A DNA stretch of 64,000 nucleotides from Felis catus (taxonomy: Eukaryota). Positions 38,227-50,404 of the stretch are shown here, piece after piece (the stretch's first letter is position 1; each line of letters opens with the position of its first letter). The position numbers and the translations under genes are program-made. The stretch spans positions 45,074,001 to 45,138,000 of the forward strand of contig NC_058378.1 of the NCBI RefSeq assembly GCF_018350175.1. The letters run 5' to 3'. Below the pieces are notes generated by a model, which did not search any database, was not told where the DNA came from, and worked only from the letters and a program-made list of their open reading frames with translations.

Positions 38227-38980
38227 TGTTGGAAATCTGTGGGGAATAAGATGAGGAATTCCCAGAGCTTGCACCAATGGGTTAACAAGGCATAAAGAAA
38301 TAGAAAGCCACAGGATGAAAGCATCCAAGGTGAGGTAAACAAGATTAGGTAAACATGGCAAAGCGCCCCCAGTATAGAACAAAGGTATAGAAATAGGAAA
38401 CCTCAGGATGAAAGCATCCAAGAATAGTAAACAAGATTAGGTATTCAGGGAGGAAACGCTCCCCAACTTAGTACAATAGCAGAAAGCTGCTTTCACAGGA
38501 AGGAAGGACCGAAATAGGTAAACAGTAAACAGGACTATAGACTGCAGCAGGCAGGGCAGCAGGGCAAAGTTGCCCAGAGTGGAGCTAATTAGCAAAAGAA
38601 AGGTGCTTTGTTGGCCCTGAGGTAGCAAGCTCTGTCTGTCTTGTCCCCTAAGCTAGCTAAGATAAACAGACATGCTGCATCATGCCTGCTGTAAACAACC
38701 ATCTGCCTGGCACCAGGACTTTGTTTTGTATTGACCCAAACCCCTGACAACACATATCTTCAAAACCCCCTTTCCCTCATGCCTGTGAATTAATGTTCAC
38801 GGTTTCATTGTCTCTTTGTGCACATCCATCACGCTTGTAAGCCTTCTGATCCTAATAAAAACAGAGCAAGGACCCTTACTCGGGGCTTTTGTCTCCTCCC
38901 AGACATTAGCCTCTCTTGCATTTTAAACCTGTGTCCGCTCTCTTGCTGGACAAGAGAGAACTCCAGACCCAGGGTCTACA
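38227..38980 (+). mobile_element. ERV1-class solo LTR (754 bp) inserted in an old L1, MMRN2 intron 1
   Basis: TG...CA termini, 4-bp TSD CCAG on both sides, AATAAA at ~38854, internal tandem duplication; interrupted L1 ORF1-like text resumes afterwards. Confidence 0.85.
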
Positions 38981-39196
38981 CCAGAAATCCAATATCTGAA
39001 TAACAGGAGTTCCAGAAAGAGAACAGAAGGAGGAAATCGTTTATTAAATCAAATATTACAGAAGTGAAGGACTTGAATTTTCAGATGCAAAGGGCCCACT
39101 AATTACCCACAATGTGATGAAAATAAACTCACATCATCATGAAATTTTAGAACTCTGGGAATGAAGGTAATTTTATACTTTCTAGAGAGAAAAATC

Positions 39197-39197
<1 letters not shown>

Positions 39198-39237
<40 letters not shown>
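39198..39237. repeat. (CA)n microsatellite
   Basis: About 20 AC units. Confidence 0.95.
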
Positions 39238-39238
<1 letters not shown>

Positions 39239-39459
39239 AGCAATTAGAATGGCCTTGAGCCTCTCAACAGCAATACTGGAAACTAGAACACAGTGGAGAA
39301 CTGCCTTCAAAATACGGAACGAAAAATACTTCCAATTTAGAATCCTATACCCAACCTAACTATCAGTCAAAGCAAAGAGAGCAAGAATAAAAACATTTTC
39401 AACACACCAGTTTTCAAAACATTGCCTACCCCAGGACCCCACATCAGGAGCTACCAGAA

Positions 39460-39645
39460 CAGTGGTTTGCAATCTTGCCATCAAATCTTCACATCAAAAC
39501 CGTTGTGTGGCACTTTCAAAAGAAGAGCCTCTGGGCTCCACTCCAAGTCAATGAAGCAAGATTCTCTGGGATTGTGGCCTGGGCATCAACATTTTAAAGC
39601 TCTCTGTGGCATTCTAAGTCACAGCCCAGGACAGGGTACCACTGT
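39460..39645. mobile_element. MER5A-like hAT MITE (limits approximate)
   Basis: cagtggtt...accactg termini; gattctctggg...gggcatcaacattttaaagctc. Confidence 0.6.
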
Positions 39646-39951
39646 GCCAGAAGTGCCACACCGACACAAGCCAGGGTACCAAGAAAGAGGAAAGCAGGGC
39701 ATCAGGAGACAGGAATTCCATCAGAGAATTGAGGGGAAGGGAGTCCCCAGGAAGATGACCTGAGCCCAGGTCAACGATGGGCAGTGGGTGCAGGGCCAGC
39801 GTCCAGAGCTAGAGCTCTGAGACCAGCAATCACCAAGAACACACAGGTAGTCAAACACCTGACATGGATGAAAGGGGAGAGCAGGTGTGGACAAACTGGC
39901 CAAGAGTTTGGGATCGAGCAGTGACAGAGACGCAGGAAACTAAGCAAAAGA

Positions 39952-39988
<37 letters not shown>

Positions 39989-40773
39989 AAACCGTTGTTT
40001 GCTCCAGGGAAGACCAAAAGTATGAAGTGTCTCCACTCTGAATTGCATACATAGTCACATGAATGTAATCACTCAAAATGACAATGTGGGAGGATGATGG
40101 ATAGGGTGTGTGTGTGTGTGTGTGCGCACACGTGCATATGCACATGGGTGTGCTCTTGCATGCTTGCTATGCGTGCATGTTGGGGTTAGGGTATGGAGTG
40201 GGAATGAGAGCTTCCCAAAGAAGCAGCAATATAAACATGATAGTTAGAGACACAGAGACGGATGCCAAAGGAATCACCTAAATAGTTGAAAATTATTGCC
40301 TGTGGGGACCAGTGAGGGCAGGGGCTTCTGGTCATGTCAACAAACTTTGTAGAAGGTTTGACTCTAACCCAGAGGGTCATGCAGTTTTTCTGCAAAGGAA
40401 CAGATAGTAGATATTTCACACAAAGCTAGCTGCATAATCTGTAGTGTCCAGTGCAAAATAAAAATACGGGACAACAATAAAGATTAAACCAAGAGTGAGG
40501 CTCTTCTGTGGGTGCACCCTATGTGACTGCTCAAGTCACGTGCCCGTGGACCTGGCCCTGATTTTAAGTAAAGAATGTTCACTCAACACGGAGAGAGAGA
40601 GAGAGAGAGACCGCGAAATTGCTGGGTCCAGAGTTCAGGGACCACGGGTGAGATGGCCACCTTCACGGACTGTTCCAGAACCAGAAACTCCAGTCCCCAC
40701 CCCACCCACACCCTGGGCTCCCTGGAAATTCTGCAACTTGGGCTCAGGCCTGGGGAAAATTGTTTCTCTAAAC

Positions 40774-41005
40774 CAGTGGTTCTCAGCAGGGGGTGAAGTG
40801 ACTTTTGCCGCTAGGTGTATTTGTCAACCTCTGGAGACCTTTACAGTCGTCACCACCGGGAGTGGGGAGGAGCGCCTGGCATCTAGTGTGTGAAGACCAA
40901 GGATGCTGCTAAACACCCCGCAATGTGGGCAGCACAGCCCGGCACCCCCACAGCCAAGAATTAGCCAGTCCCAAATGCCAGGCGAGCCAAGGTTGAGAAA
41001 CACCC
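40774..41005 (+). mobile_element. MER20 (hAT-Charlie MITE)
   Basis: cagtggttctca...ctggcatctagtg...ggatgctgctaaacacc...ccaaggttgagaaac. Confidence 0.8.
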
Positions 41006-44000
41006 ACTCAAAACACAGTTCCATTCGTTGCTCCAAACTGCTGCTGAGGGTCCAGAAGGCCTGTGCCCGGGCGCACTGGGTTTGGTCCAGCCTGCCAGGG
41101 AGTGACTGGGACTTTCCATCTGGAGCTCCTGGAACCGGAAGCGGTGCCGCCCACCCTTCCTGCCCAGGAACTTTCTCTCCTGACCTGCCCAAACCTCAGG
41201 CTCCAGCTATTCTCCCTGCCCACACTCCCCCTCCCTTGGCAGCCCAACCCCCTTGGCACAGTGCAGGCCCTGGCCCAGAAGCCCTGGGAACATTCCTGAC
41301 CTTTGCTTTGGTTTCCTCCAGCTCCTGGCAGCTTCACGCTGGCCCTCTGCGCCCGAGCCCCCAGCCCGGCTCGCTGAGGCACCCATTGTTCTCGCTGCCT
41401 CCTGGTCTCAGGCCTGGGCGCTCTTTGCACCCTCGTCTCCTGGGGCCAGCTGGGTTTGGGCTACCCTGGGCCTCTGACACGGCCCCCACCTGACCTCTTG
41501 CCCCAGTCAGGAGGGCGTCTGCTGACCCCTTTGGAGCTTTTAATGGGAGATGAGAAGCCTGGGCCCTCCTCCCCTCCCCCTTCCCGGACTCAGGTTGACT
41601 TTGAGCAAGGCCCTTCCCCCAGTCCTGGAAATGTGGAGAAGATTCCCACTTCCGGCCCCTCCCTGGGGGCGAAGGGAGGGGCTTCGTGGGAGGCTGAGGA
41701 GCCTCTAGCTGGGAAAGGGCTGTTAGCTGGGGCCTTCTGAATAATGGATGTGCTGCTGCTATTGTCCACTGGGACACTTAAATGCCAATAAACCTCACCT
41801 CTGACTGCCCCTTAAGTCCTTAAGGCTTTCTGGGGAAGGAGGGTGTGTTCTCGGTATCCTTGCTTTCTGAGACCCTGAAGGCAGCCGTGAATATGACCAC
41901 TCCAGCGGAGAATTTTGCAGGGCTTTGTCTCTGAAAGGGGCTTTGGCAGAGGAGCCTGAAGCCCACTCAATGTCCAGAGTGGGAGTTCCCTGAGTGTGCC
42001 CAGGGCCTTGTGCTTCTGACAACAGGAACAGGTGCAGGAGATACAGCCATGGCAGTGGCTGGTGGCCTGACCTCCAGCCGTATGCTTGACTCCTCTGGGC
42101 TACGAGCTCTCAGTTGCAAAAAAATCACAAATGCTACCTACTTGTACATGGGTCAAGAGAAGCTGATGCTGGTGGCCAGGGCCAGCTGGGCTGCTGGGAG
42201 CAGCCTCCTTACATTACCACCATCCCGGGGGAGACAGGACAGAAGACACCTGGAGTTTGCAGCCTGGTGGTTGCAGGCCCCTGCTCTGATCGGTCACTTA
42301 GCTGTGTGGTCCAGGGTGGCATCCCCATCCCTCTGAGCCTCACAGCACGGAAAGTGGAGATAGCAGAGCTCTCATGACATGTAGAGATGGGGCACCTTGC
42401 CCAGGGCTCAGCCTGGTCCTCAACGCAGGCTCAGTCCTGCAGGGGGAGCAAGTGCAGGCTCTGAGAAGCCTACCTCCTAACTGCCACTCCGTCCCACTCC
42501 CACCAAAGCCAGGGGGCATCCAAAGAGCCTTCTCCCCACGGAGTCCAAATACACGGGTGACTGGGGCACCCAGGGAGAGGGGGAACATTCAACTACGTCC
42601 TGCCTCCACCCTGGGACCAGGCATCCGGCACCCAACTGTTCTGTTCAAACTTCTCTTTGCAAAGGGTCTAATCTGGGCCCATATCCAAGGCCTGCCATAG
42701 CCCTGGAGCTCCAGAAAGAGGTGTGGGGGGCCAAGGCCCAGCGTCTTGTCGATGATGGTGCAGGGGCCCCGCCTCCCCTTCCCCTGCTGCAGGAGGGAGA
42801 CTGGAGCAGCATTTCCGCCTGTCCCTTTACAGAGCACGGGAAGCAATCAGCCCGAGGAAGCTGAGCAGGATTTCCTTCCTTTCACACCAGCCCCTCTGGA
42901 GACCTTGACAACCTGGGCTGGGCCTGTGGGGACCGCCGCTTCTGGGTTGTGGGAAGGAGACCTAGCAGGCCTGCTGGGACCCCCCCGGGTTCCCCTGGGA
43001 CCCGGGTGTTCCTGGGCTGGGGATCCCTTCTACGTACGTCTGCACATGCTGTGCACACACTGGGACCACCCAGGGAGTGGATGAGCGCAGCCCACAAGCC
43101 TCTCCCCACAGCCAACGGGGTAGGGAGAAAGAGGGGTGTCTCCTACTTCTTTTTGATCCACCTGGGACCTTGAGCCTCCCTTTTATCAAAAGGAAGCAGG
43201 TCACCGAAGAAAGGAGCTTTGGGGTAGGGAGGCTTGGTTCTTACACCTGAAATCAGAGTTCGGTGGCTGGAGCCCCCCCACCAAGAATCACCTGCTCCAC
43301 CCAGCCCTGAGCCGACCTGGTGGTGGGGCAGAGATGGGCCCCCTCCTCCCCACTTGGCCAGCCCCTCCCTCCCTGAGAGTCGGTGTGCACTTGCTTATTA
43401 CTCTTTCCTTTCCATGGCCAAATCCATTTTCAGGAAAGTGTCCAACAAACACATTCACCTTGAAGTGTCAGAGCTTATAGGACAACTGTCCCAGGCAGAT
43501 TCATTCCATAAGCTAATGTGATAGTGAATCTCAGGGAGCCAGGTGGAAGGCTCTGGGTGGGTGTAAACTGACCCCTTTCACCTTCCAAACCCATATAAAC
43601 ACCCTCACCAAGTCTAGTGTGTGTGTGTGTGTCTGTGGTCGGGGGTGTGGTAGCCATATAAAGTGCGTCTAGGGGGTGGGGCTGCCTCTGAGTGCTCGGG
43701 AACCAGGTCATGAGCTCTGAAGTCAGACCTAGATCCTGGTTCTAGATCCCCTTAGCTGTATGATCGTGGGTCAGGTGTTTAGTCTCTCTGAGCCATGGGT
43801 TCCTCCCCTGTAACCCCGGCTGTTGGCAGGATTAACCAAGCTAACAGCCGGCAAAGTGCCTAGCCCCAAGGGGGACCCCATGAGGGCACCTGCTGTTCTG
43901 ACTGTGGAACACCCCGAGGAGGAACCCACAGGTCCAGCACCTTATCAGCAGGGGCACCTGAGTCTGGACAAATAAAAGACTGGGAAATGGTGTCCTGGTT

Positions 44001-44631
44001 CAGTCACAAGACCATTCCACTCATTTCCAGAGGGGCACTGAAGCAGAACTCACTGGATGCCGTGGCTTCCTCTTTGTCTGGAAATAGGGCAGAGTACCCT
44101 GTCTGCTCACTGCTTGTCTCTCAGGGGTAGGCTGAAGACCCACACCAGTCCTCCTGGGCAGTCAGATAAAAATCCAGTCCCCAGGAGTGTCTGTCTTCCA
44201 TGACTTATGCCAGGCCAGCCTCACGGAGGCTCAAATGTCAATTGACTTACTTCAAAGAAGGGGAGACACTGCCAGGCCAGCTGGAAACTTCTGGAACTAC
44301 TGCCCCTCATCACCCCTTGCTAAGTGGTTGATGGCAAGAAATGCTCTTGCCCGACCTCCAGGTTGCTCCCTGTCATGGGCCAGGTGAGGAACTTCCTGTG
44401 GTCCTTAGGCTGGGCCCTGGGGTGCCCAGTCTGGGCTTGGAGGGGTGGTGGCCTCCTGAAGGGAGTCTGACACCAGGCATCTCATTCAGCCTCACAGCCG
44501 GCCCCAGCAGGTACATAATATTAGGTCATTTCACAGATGGGTAACTGAGGTTCCAAGAGACTCTGTTCTGGCTGAGCTGGGACTCAGATCCTGTACCATG
44601 ACCTCCCCCCCAAGGTCGAGGTCCTCCTTAC

Positions 44632-44795
44632 CGTCTGACGGGGTCCCCGCCGATACCCTCAGCCTCTGCCCTCCAGACCGCAGGCGGCCTTGGGCTATGT
44701 GGATCAGAGAGCCTGCTACCTGAAGCCTTGGCGCAGGCCCCCAGCAGTCCCCAGCCTAGGGGCCCCCCGAGACCGAGCAGCAGCGTCAGGATCAT
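44632..44795 (-). CDS. MMRN2: MMRN2 first coding exon, signal peptide
   Basis: ccaagATG ATC CTG ACG...AGA CG|gtaagg, 164 nt; MILTLLLGLGGPLGWGLLGACAKASGSRLSDPHSPRPPAVWRAEAEGIGGDPVR(R). Seven exons sum to 2766 nt = 921 aa + stop. Confidence 0.93.
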
Positions 44796-45964
44796 CTTGG
44801 CCGTGGGACGGGCTCAGCCGCAGCAAGTGACTCCACACACTGCTGGTGATGTTGACGTCGTCTTCAAGTTAAGCCTCAGAAGGAAAAGAAAGCACTGGGA
44901 CAACAAAGAGAGGAAGTGGCCTGGGCCGGCCCACCCGGTAAGCCTCGTCCGGCACCCCCCTCACCCACCCCCCCCAGCTACCTCCACCATCCCCTGCAGA
45001 GGCAGCCAACAACTCAGACCGGTTCCTGTGCCTCTCTAAGAGGACTCAGGTCAGGGACACTGGAGGTGTGGAACACACAGGGGGGTGGCCCCACCAACAC
45101 GTCCCCATGGGAGTCAGGAGAAGAACACAAGCCTCGAGGTGGGTCTGCAGGAAGCGGTCGGCTCAGTCTCAGGGAACCTGCTGCCCATCCATGCTGGTGG
45201 CCAGGAAGCGAGGGGCACTACTCAGCGCCTTTCACCACTGGGCTGTGGGTGGGAGCCAGCAGGTGGGCGGAGATTCAGAGAGAGAAAGCTGTCCTAGGGT
45301 CACACAGTGTTAGCCAGAGGCCAGGACACTGGGAGGCCCTTTGTGTGCTCCTCTGCCCCATCTCCCCCACTGCCCTTGATGCCCTTGATGGAGCCCTGGG
45401 ACGTGGGGGCATCCACGGTGCTAGTGAGTAGCCAGGCAGGCCGGGCCGGTCTGGGAAGTTGGCCACTGTTGTTTAACCCCTGGCCTACATGGCCCTGCCC
45501 CCCTGCCCTACCTGAGAAGCTGGTAGCAAAGGTGCCTCCCCTGCCTGACCACCTCTGTCCCAGATGTATACAGACGCAACAGCCCCAGGCCTGAGAGCAC
45601 TCGGCCAGGCTGTGGGTGGGCAGGGCAGCGAATGAATGAGGGACAGTGATGGATTAGGATGTGTCCAGCCCCCTGTGCCACTCCCTGGAGGGCAGGGGGC
45701 AGGAGGGAAGGGCTGGGCAGCAGGGGCCCAGGGGAGCCGGACCCCACTGCCCAACCCCCGGAGAAGGTGAGGGCGGGCCTCCTCCCCCGCCCTCCCTGGC
45801 CTGCTGGCTGAGCTCCCACCAGCCAGCCGCCGCCGCATCATCAATATTTCATGGGCGTCAATAAGAGGCAGCGGCAGCAGCGGGGACAGCGGCTGCAGCA
45901 GCGTTCTTGCCAGCTCTAGCCATAGCTCACTGGAAGAGTCAGGCTGCTGGCACTGCCCACCACC
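44796..45964. promoter_or_regulatory. Divergent MMRN2/SNCG promoter and 5'UTR interval (1169 bp between the two ATGs)
   Basis: MMRN2 side: SOX-like AACAAAG 44902-44908 next to ETS AGGAAGT 44911-44917, TTCCTGT at ~45023. SNCG side: GC box gggcgggcc at ~45770 and a GCAGCG-rich leader. Confidence 0.7.
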
Positions 45965-46085
45965 ATGGACGTCTTCAAGAAGGGCTTCTCCATCGCCAAG
46001 GAGGGTGTGGTGGGCGCTGTGGAGAAGACCAAGCAAGGGGTGACGGAAGCAGCTGAGAAGACCAAGGAGGGGGTCATGTATGTGG
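45965..46085 (+). CDS. SNCG: Gamma-synuclein coding exon 1
   Basis: Kozak caccATGG; [40 protein letters not shown](G)|gtgagt, 121 nt. Confidence 0.98.
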
Positions 46086-46368
46086 GTGAGTCTGGGCGAA
46101 GCAGGGCGTGGCAGGGTGCAGCGGCCGGGAGGCCAGAGGCGGGGGTGCCCGGTTACCCTGGGCCAACCTTCTCCCCCAGCCCCAGGGGGGCATTTTGGGT
46201 GGGGATGAGGTCCTGGCCATTAGGTCAGGGTCTCCACGCCCTGGAGCACTCCATCCCCCTGCATACCATCCCCCGCACCCCACAGTGTCTGCTCTGACCT
46301 CCTCAGGGCTCCAGGGTCTCTGAAGCAGAACAGCAAGAGGGGCACTTGGCCTTCAGACACACTTGTTT

Positions 46369-46369
<1 letters not shown>

Positions 46370-46406
<37 letters not shown>
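46370..46406. repeat. (CA)n microsatellite in SNCG intron 1
   Basis: About 18 CA units. Confidence 0.95.
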
Positions 46407-46409
<3 letters not shown>

Positions 46410-46911
46410 TGCACAGATGCAGACCAGTGTCCCCCACGCCAGCATCCCCTCCAGGCCCTTGTGCTCAGATAAGAAGCCAGCTTGAGCCTAGAGCAGGAAG
46501 GTGCTCAGCAGCGGAGCCCCAGGTCCCCACCCTGTTCAGAGGGAAGGGTAAGCAAGGGAGAGGAGCCTGAGCCCCAGTGTCCCGTGCAACCCCACCCCCT
46601 TCAGCCCCTCGGAAGCTGGTGACTCAGCTCCGTCCTGCTGCTGCTTCCGAGGCCCAGACCACACCCAGGTGGGCCTGGACCCTACCTCAGCCCTGATCCC
46701 TCTCATCCCCCTGTCCTGTCCTATCCACTTCCCATCCATCCCCTTCCTCCAGACACAGCAGGAAGCAGCCTTTGAAGGGACTGCCGGCCCCTAGACACCA
46801 CCTCACCCCCCTGCTAACCCCACAGCTTGTTCAGCTGTTCTGTGTGTTTGCCCTGACCACCTCGCTCCCAACACCAGGAGGAGTAGGCTGACGCCTCCAT
46901 TTCCTCCCCAG

Positions 46912-46953
46912 GAGCCAAAACCAAGGAGAATGTTGTGCAGAGTGTGACCTCAG
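46912..46953 (+). CDS. SNCG: Gamma-synuclein coding exon 2
   Basis: ccag|GA GCC AAA ACC AAG GAG AAT...TCA G|gtaag, 42 nt; (G)AKTKENVVQSVTS. Confidence 0.96.
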
Positions 46954-47267
46954 GTAAGGGGCCCAGGACCAGGGGATATGGGGGTTGGGACCTCCAGGGA
47001 CTGCAACCTGGTACTGAAGGCTCAAGCCCAGGGTCCTCCTACCCTCCAACTAGAAGCCTAAGCTGTACATGCACATGAGGTTAGATAGACCCAGGGTGCC
47101 CCTCCTGCATCAGAGCTCCCCCGGAGTCAGAGAAAGGCACAGTCCAGGGCCTCCAGTAGAGGCAGAGTTTTGAGTGCCCTGAGAAAGGGGTTGCTCAGCC
47201 TGACTTGGGCAGGCCAGGCCCGGACAAGGAGGGGTCAGGACCACGGCCAGCCAGAGTCCTCTTGCAG

Positions 47268-47395
47268 TGGCTGAGAAGACCAAGGAGCAGGCCAATGCTG
47301 TGAGTGAGGCCGTGGTCACCAGCGTCAACACAGTGGCCATCAAGACGGTGGAGGAGGCGGAGAACATCGCCATCACCTCCGGAGTGATTCGAAAG
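47268..47395 (+). CDS. SNCG: Gamma-synuclein coding exon 3
   Basis: tgcag|TG GCT GAG AAG...CGA AAG|gtgag, 128 nt; (V)AEKTKEQANAVSEAVVTSVNTVAIKTVEEAENIAITSGVIRK. Confidence 0.97.
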
Positions 47396-49819
47396 GTGAG
47401 ATCCAGTGGTGGCCCTGGCTCTCGGGCGAGTCTCATCCTTTCTCCTGGGCCCCAGAGAGGCTAGCCGAGGAGAAAGCAGTATTGCCTCATGACATATAGG
47501 GAAGCAGAGATTGAGGGGGCCCATGGTCTGTGCTTGGTGTTTCTCACACCCATTAACACCTAGAACCCTCATAATTCCTCTTGTGAGGGGGGCAGTTTGG
47601 GGCCCACCTGGAAAGTGAGGCTCAAAACCACATCCTCTTGAGGCTCCGCATTTGGGAGGTACCACATTTCATTAGTGAAAGCAGGGTGCTGTGGGCCTCA
47701 CGTAGTGACAGGCGGCCTCCGGGGCAGAAGACACCAGGCCGGAGCTGCCAAAGTCACCGCCCACCGGCCTGCTGTCCAGCCTCCCTCCAGGGCCTGGTGG
47801 GAGGAGCAGGGAAGCAGCGCCCCCTCGTGACAAAGCAGCGAGGGTCCTGACCCCGCCTTCCACTTTTGTGCGCGGGCGAGGGCGTGTGCCCCCGTGGGCT
47901 GCCAGGTGCAGAGGGCGCAGGCTCAGTTGGGCGCCCCCAGGAGGTGGAGGCCCGCTAGGTGAGCTATTCCCGCACGCACCACAGAGCAGGCTCTGCTTGA
48001 AGCATTTTACACGTATTAACTCATTCAATCGGCACAGAATCTGCAGAGACCGGGTGTGGAAATGAGGCCCAGAGAGGTTATGTTATGTGCCCAAGGTCCC
48101 AGGGGCTAGTCCCGCAAGCCTGGGGTTCCCAGGGCAGCCTGGCTGCAGGGCCTGTGCTCGGAGAGATTCTGCATGAGTGTGAGGCTGTGGTGGGAGCCCG
48201 GTTTATATGGGGGCCAGGCATGGGCCGCTCTGAGGCACCCAGCAATGAGGACCCCTGCTTCAGGGAGCAGATGGGAGGAAGGGGAGGAAGCCCCCCTGCC
48301 AGGAGGCAGCGCCTAGGCGTCCACTTTTGGGGCCAGCACAGGTTCTCCACCTCTTTAGAGCTGGCAACCGGTCTGCTCATTCCCAGCTCTGCCCCTTGCC
48401 AGCTATGTGACCTTGGGAAGCTACTTAACCCCTTGGCACCTCCATTACCTCACCTGTAACAAGGGAGGGGGTGACCGTCCCCATTTCATTATGACATTGT
48501 GTGATCGTGCAGGGAAATGGCCCCCACGAAACTGTTACACCTGGGTCATGGTGAGCACCCAACAGAGGCAGGAGACTGTATCATCATCATCTGTGCCTCC
48601 GGGCAGGACCCGTAGGTGCTCGGGAGAGCAAAGGAGGCACTGGAGTGGGGTCAGGCTGCCACTGGGCCTCTGAGAGGGAGTCTGGGCACTCCTCTCTGGC
48701 CTTGAAGGAGGGCTAGTAAGCCCATGGAGCCACCCCAGGGCCTGGAGTGGGGGTAGCTGCCCCAAGGGAGACATTTCCTGGTGACACCCAGAAACCAGTC
48801 ACAACTCTTCCTCCAGTGAACCATAGAAGGATGCAGCACTGCCTGTCTGACAGCCCTTTCATTCCACTGGCCTCATGCATCCGCCTTGAGTGGTAGGGTT
48901 TGGCCTGTGGCCACCTACCCTTTGCCTGGAAAGCTGCCCCTACTGTGACTGACAGAGTTCAGTGCCCATTTAAGCCCCAATCCACCAAGGATGTCCCAGA
49001 AGTAGCATGGAGACAGCAGAATCCTCCAGAGGTTGGTGCTAAGACCGGGATCCAGGCTGATCACCCAGTCTGGCGCTGCCCACAGCTGTCACTCGACTAC
49101 CTCCCGGGCAGGTCACCTTAGGCAAGTGTCTGAGCAGGGGTAAGGTGGTAGGAGACAGGAAGTGGGGAGGATTGTATAATGCCTGCTGGCCCCAACCGGA
49201 CCAGCTTGAGCCTGGAGCCCATCCAGGAGGCAGGGAGAAAGAAAGCTGCTACTAGGGATAGGGATGGGCCTGGAGCAAGCCGAACCTGATCTCTACCAGC
49301 CCCATTGCTTTGAGCTGTGAGGCTTTTAGCTGGATACGTGGCCTCCCTGGCCTCAGTATGAACAGTAAAAACACCCCTCTTCCTAGGGCTATTTGGGGGC
49401 TCAGTAGGACAAGAGTGTGTGATCATATGATGCAGGGACACTGAGGGTGGGGTCAGGCCTAGGGCTTCAGAGCCATGGCCCACCCCCACCTCACTCCACC
49501 CCACCCCACCAGTCCTCCTCCATAAGAAGGCGCAACCACAGACTGCCCAGAGACTCCACATTAGTTCAGGGGTGTGTGAGGCTGGGCTCCAAGAGACATG
49601 GTGCCCCCATAAAGCCTCGGCATCATCAGAGCCCCCGCTGTGGGTCCTCACATGAGGCTCTGTCGCTCCTCTGGTTAGTCTGGTGATGACACACCGCATA
49701 CAGCAAGGTGATAAGGGCCTCTGCTCCTCTTTGAGGCCAGGTGGATGAGCCGTGGGTGCAGAGAAGCTGGGGCCTCTGCGCCCTCCACACTGTCCCACAT
49801 CCCCTTTTCTCCCTCACAG

Positions 49820-49891
49820 GAGGACCTGGAGCAACCAGCTCCCTCGCAGGAGGACAAGGCAGCCAAAGCGGAAGAGGAAGTGGCTGAGGAG
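49820..49891 (+). CDS. SNCG: Gamma-synuclein coding exon 4, acidic tail
   Basis: acag|GAG GAC CTG...GAG GAG|gtaggt, 72 nt; EDLEQPAPSQEDKAAKAEEEVAEE. Confidence 0.94.
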
Positions 49892-50133
49892 GTAGGTGCT
49901 GGGCTCCCAGAGAACAGAGGGTACCCGGGCAATCCTGCTTCCCTCCCAGGGTCCCCCGAGCCCTCAGGGAAGCCTTGTGACCTTCTGCAGCCCCCTCAGC
50001 CTGAATGTGAGGTCCCTTCATGAAAGGCTCCTCAGGGCGGAGGGGCAGAGATGACTCCCAGCCCCACCCCACTCAGGGTGGCCACTGAGGGTGGGAGCCT
50101 GGAGCTGTGTGTGAAGGTCACTCTCTCTCCCAG

Positions 50134-50154
50134 GCCAAGAGTGGAGGAGACTAG
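50134..50154 (+). CDS. SNCG: Gamma-synuclein terminal coding exon
   Basis: ccag|GCC AAG AGT GGA GGA GAC TAG; AKSGGD*. Total CDS 384 nt = 127 aa + stop. Confidence 0.93.
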   Translation, partial: AKSGGD

Positions 50155-50398
50155 AGGGATGCAAGTCAGCCATGGAGGAGGAAGAGCCCTCTGCCTTGGA
50201 CCCCATCCCCACCGGGCATGAGGACTGCCCGGCCCTGGAGCGTGACCTGGGTTGCCCATGTTCCCACACCTGACCACCCACAGGGCCTGTCCTCCTACGC
50301 TGCCTTCACCTCCCTCACCTCCCTCAATCAGTCCCTTTGCCCCCTGGTCCTTCTGACCCCACAGATGCTGCTGTGAATTTTTGTTTTTAATGATTCCA

Positions 50399-50404
50399 AA
50401 TAAA
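50399..50404 (+). terminator. SNCG: SNCG polyadenylation signal AATAAA
   Basis: AATAAA about 245 nt after the stop, preceded by a U-rich tract. Confidence 0.8.

Noticed and set aside
38297-38443. Spaced direct repeats with internal palindrome (CRISPR-like look)
   Set aside because: Only two imperfect copies, inside a retroviral LTR in a mammalian intron; no cas genes
49817-49822. NAGNAG tandem acceptor (CAGGAG) at SNCG exon 4
   Set aside because: GAG is rarely used as an acceptor and would remove only one Glu
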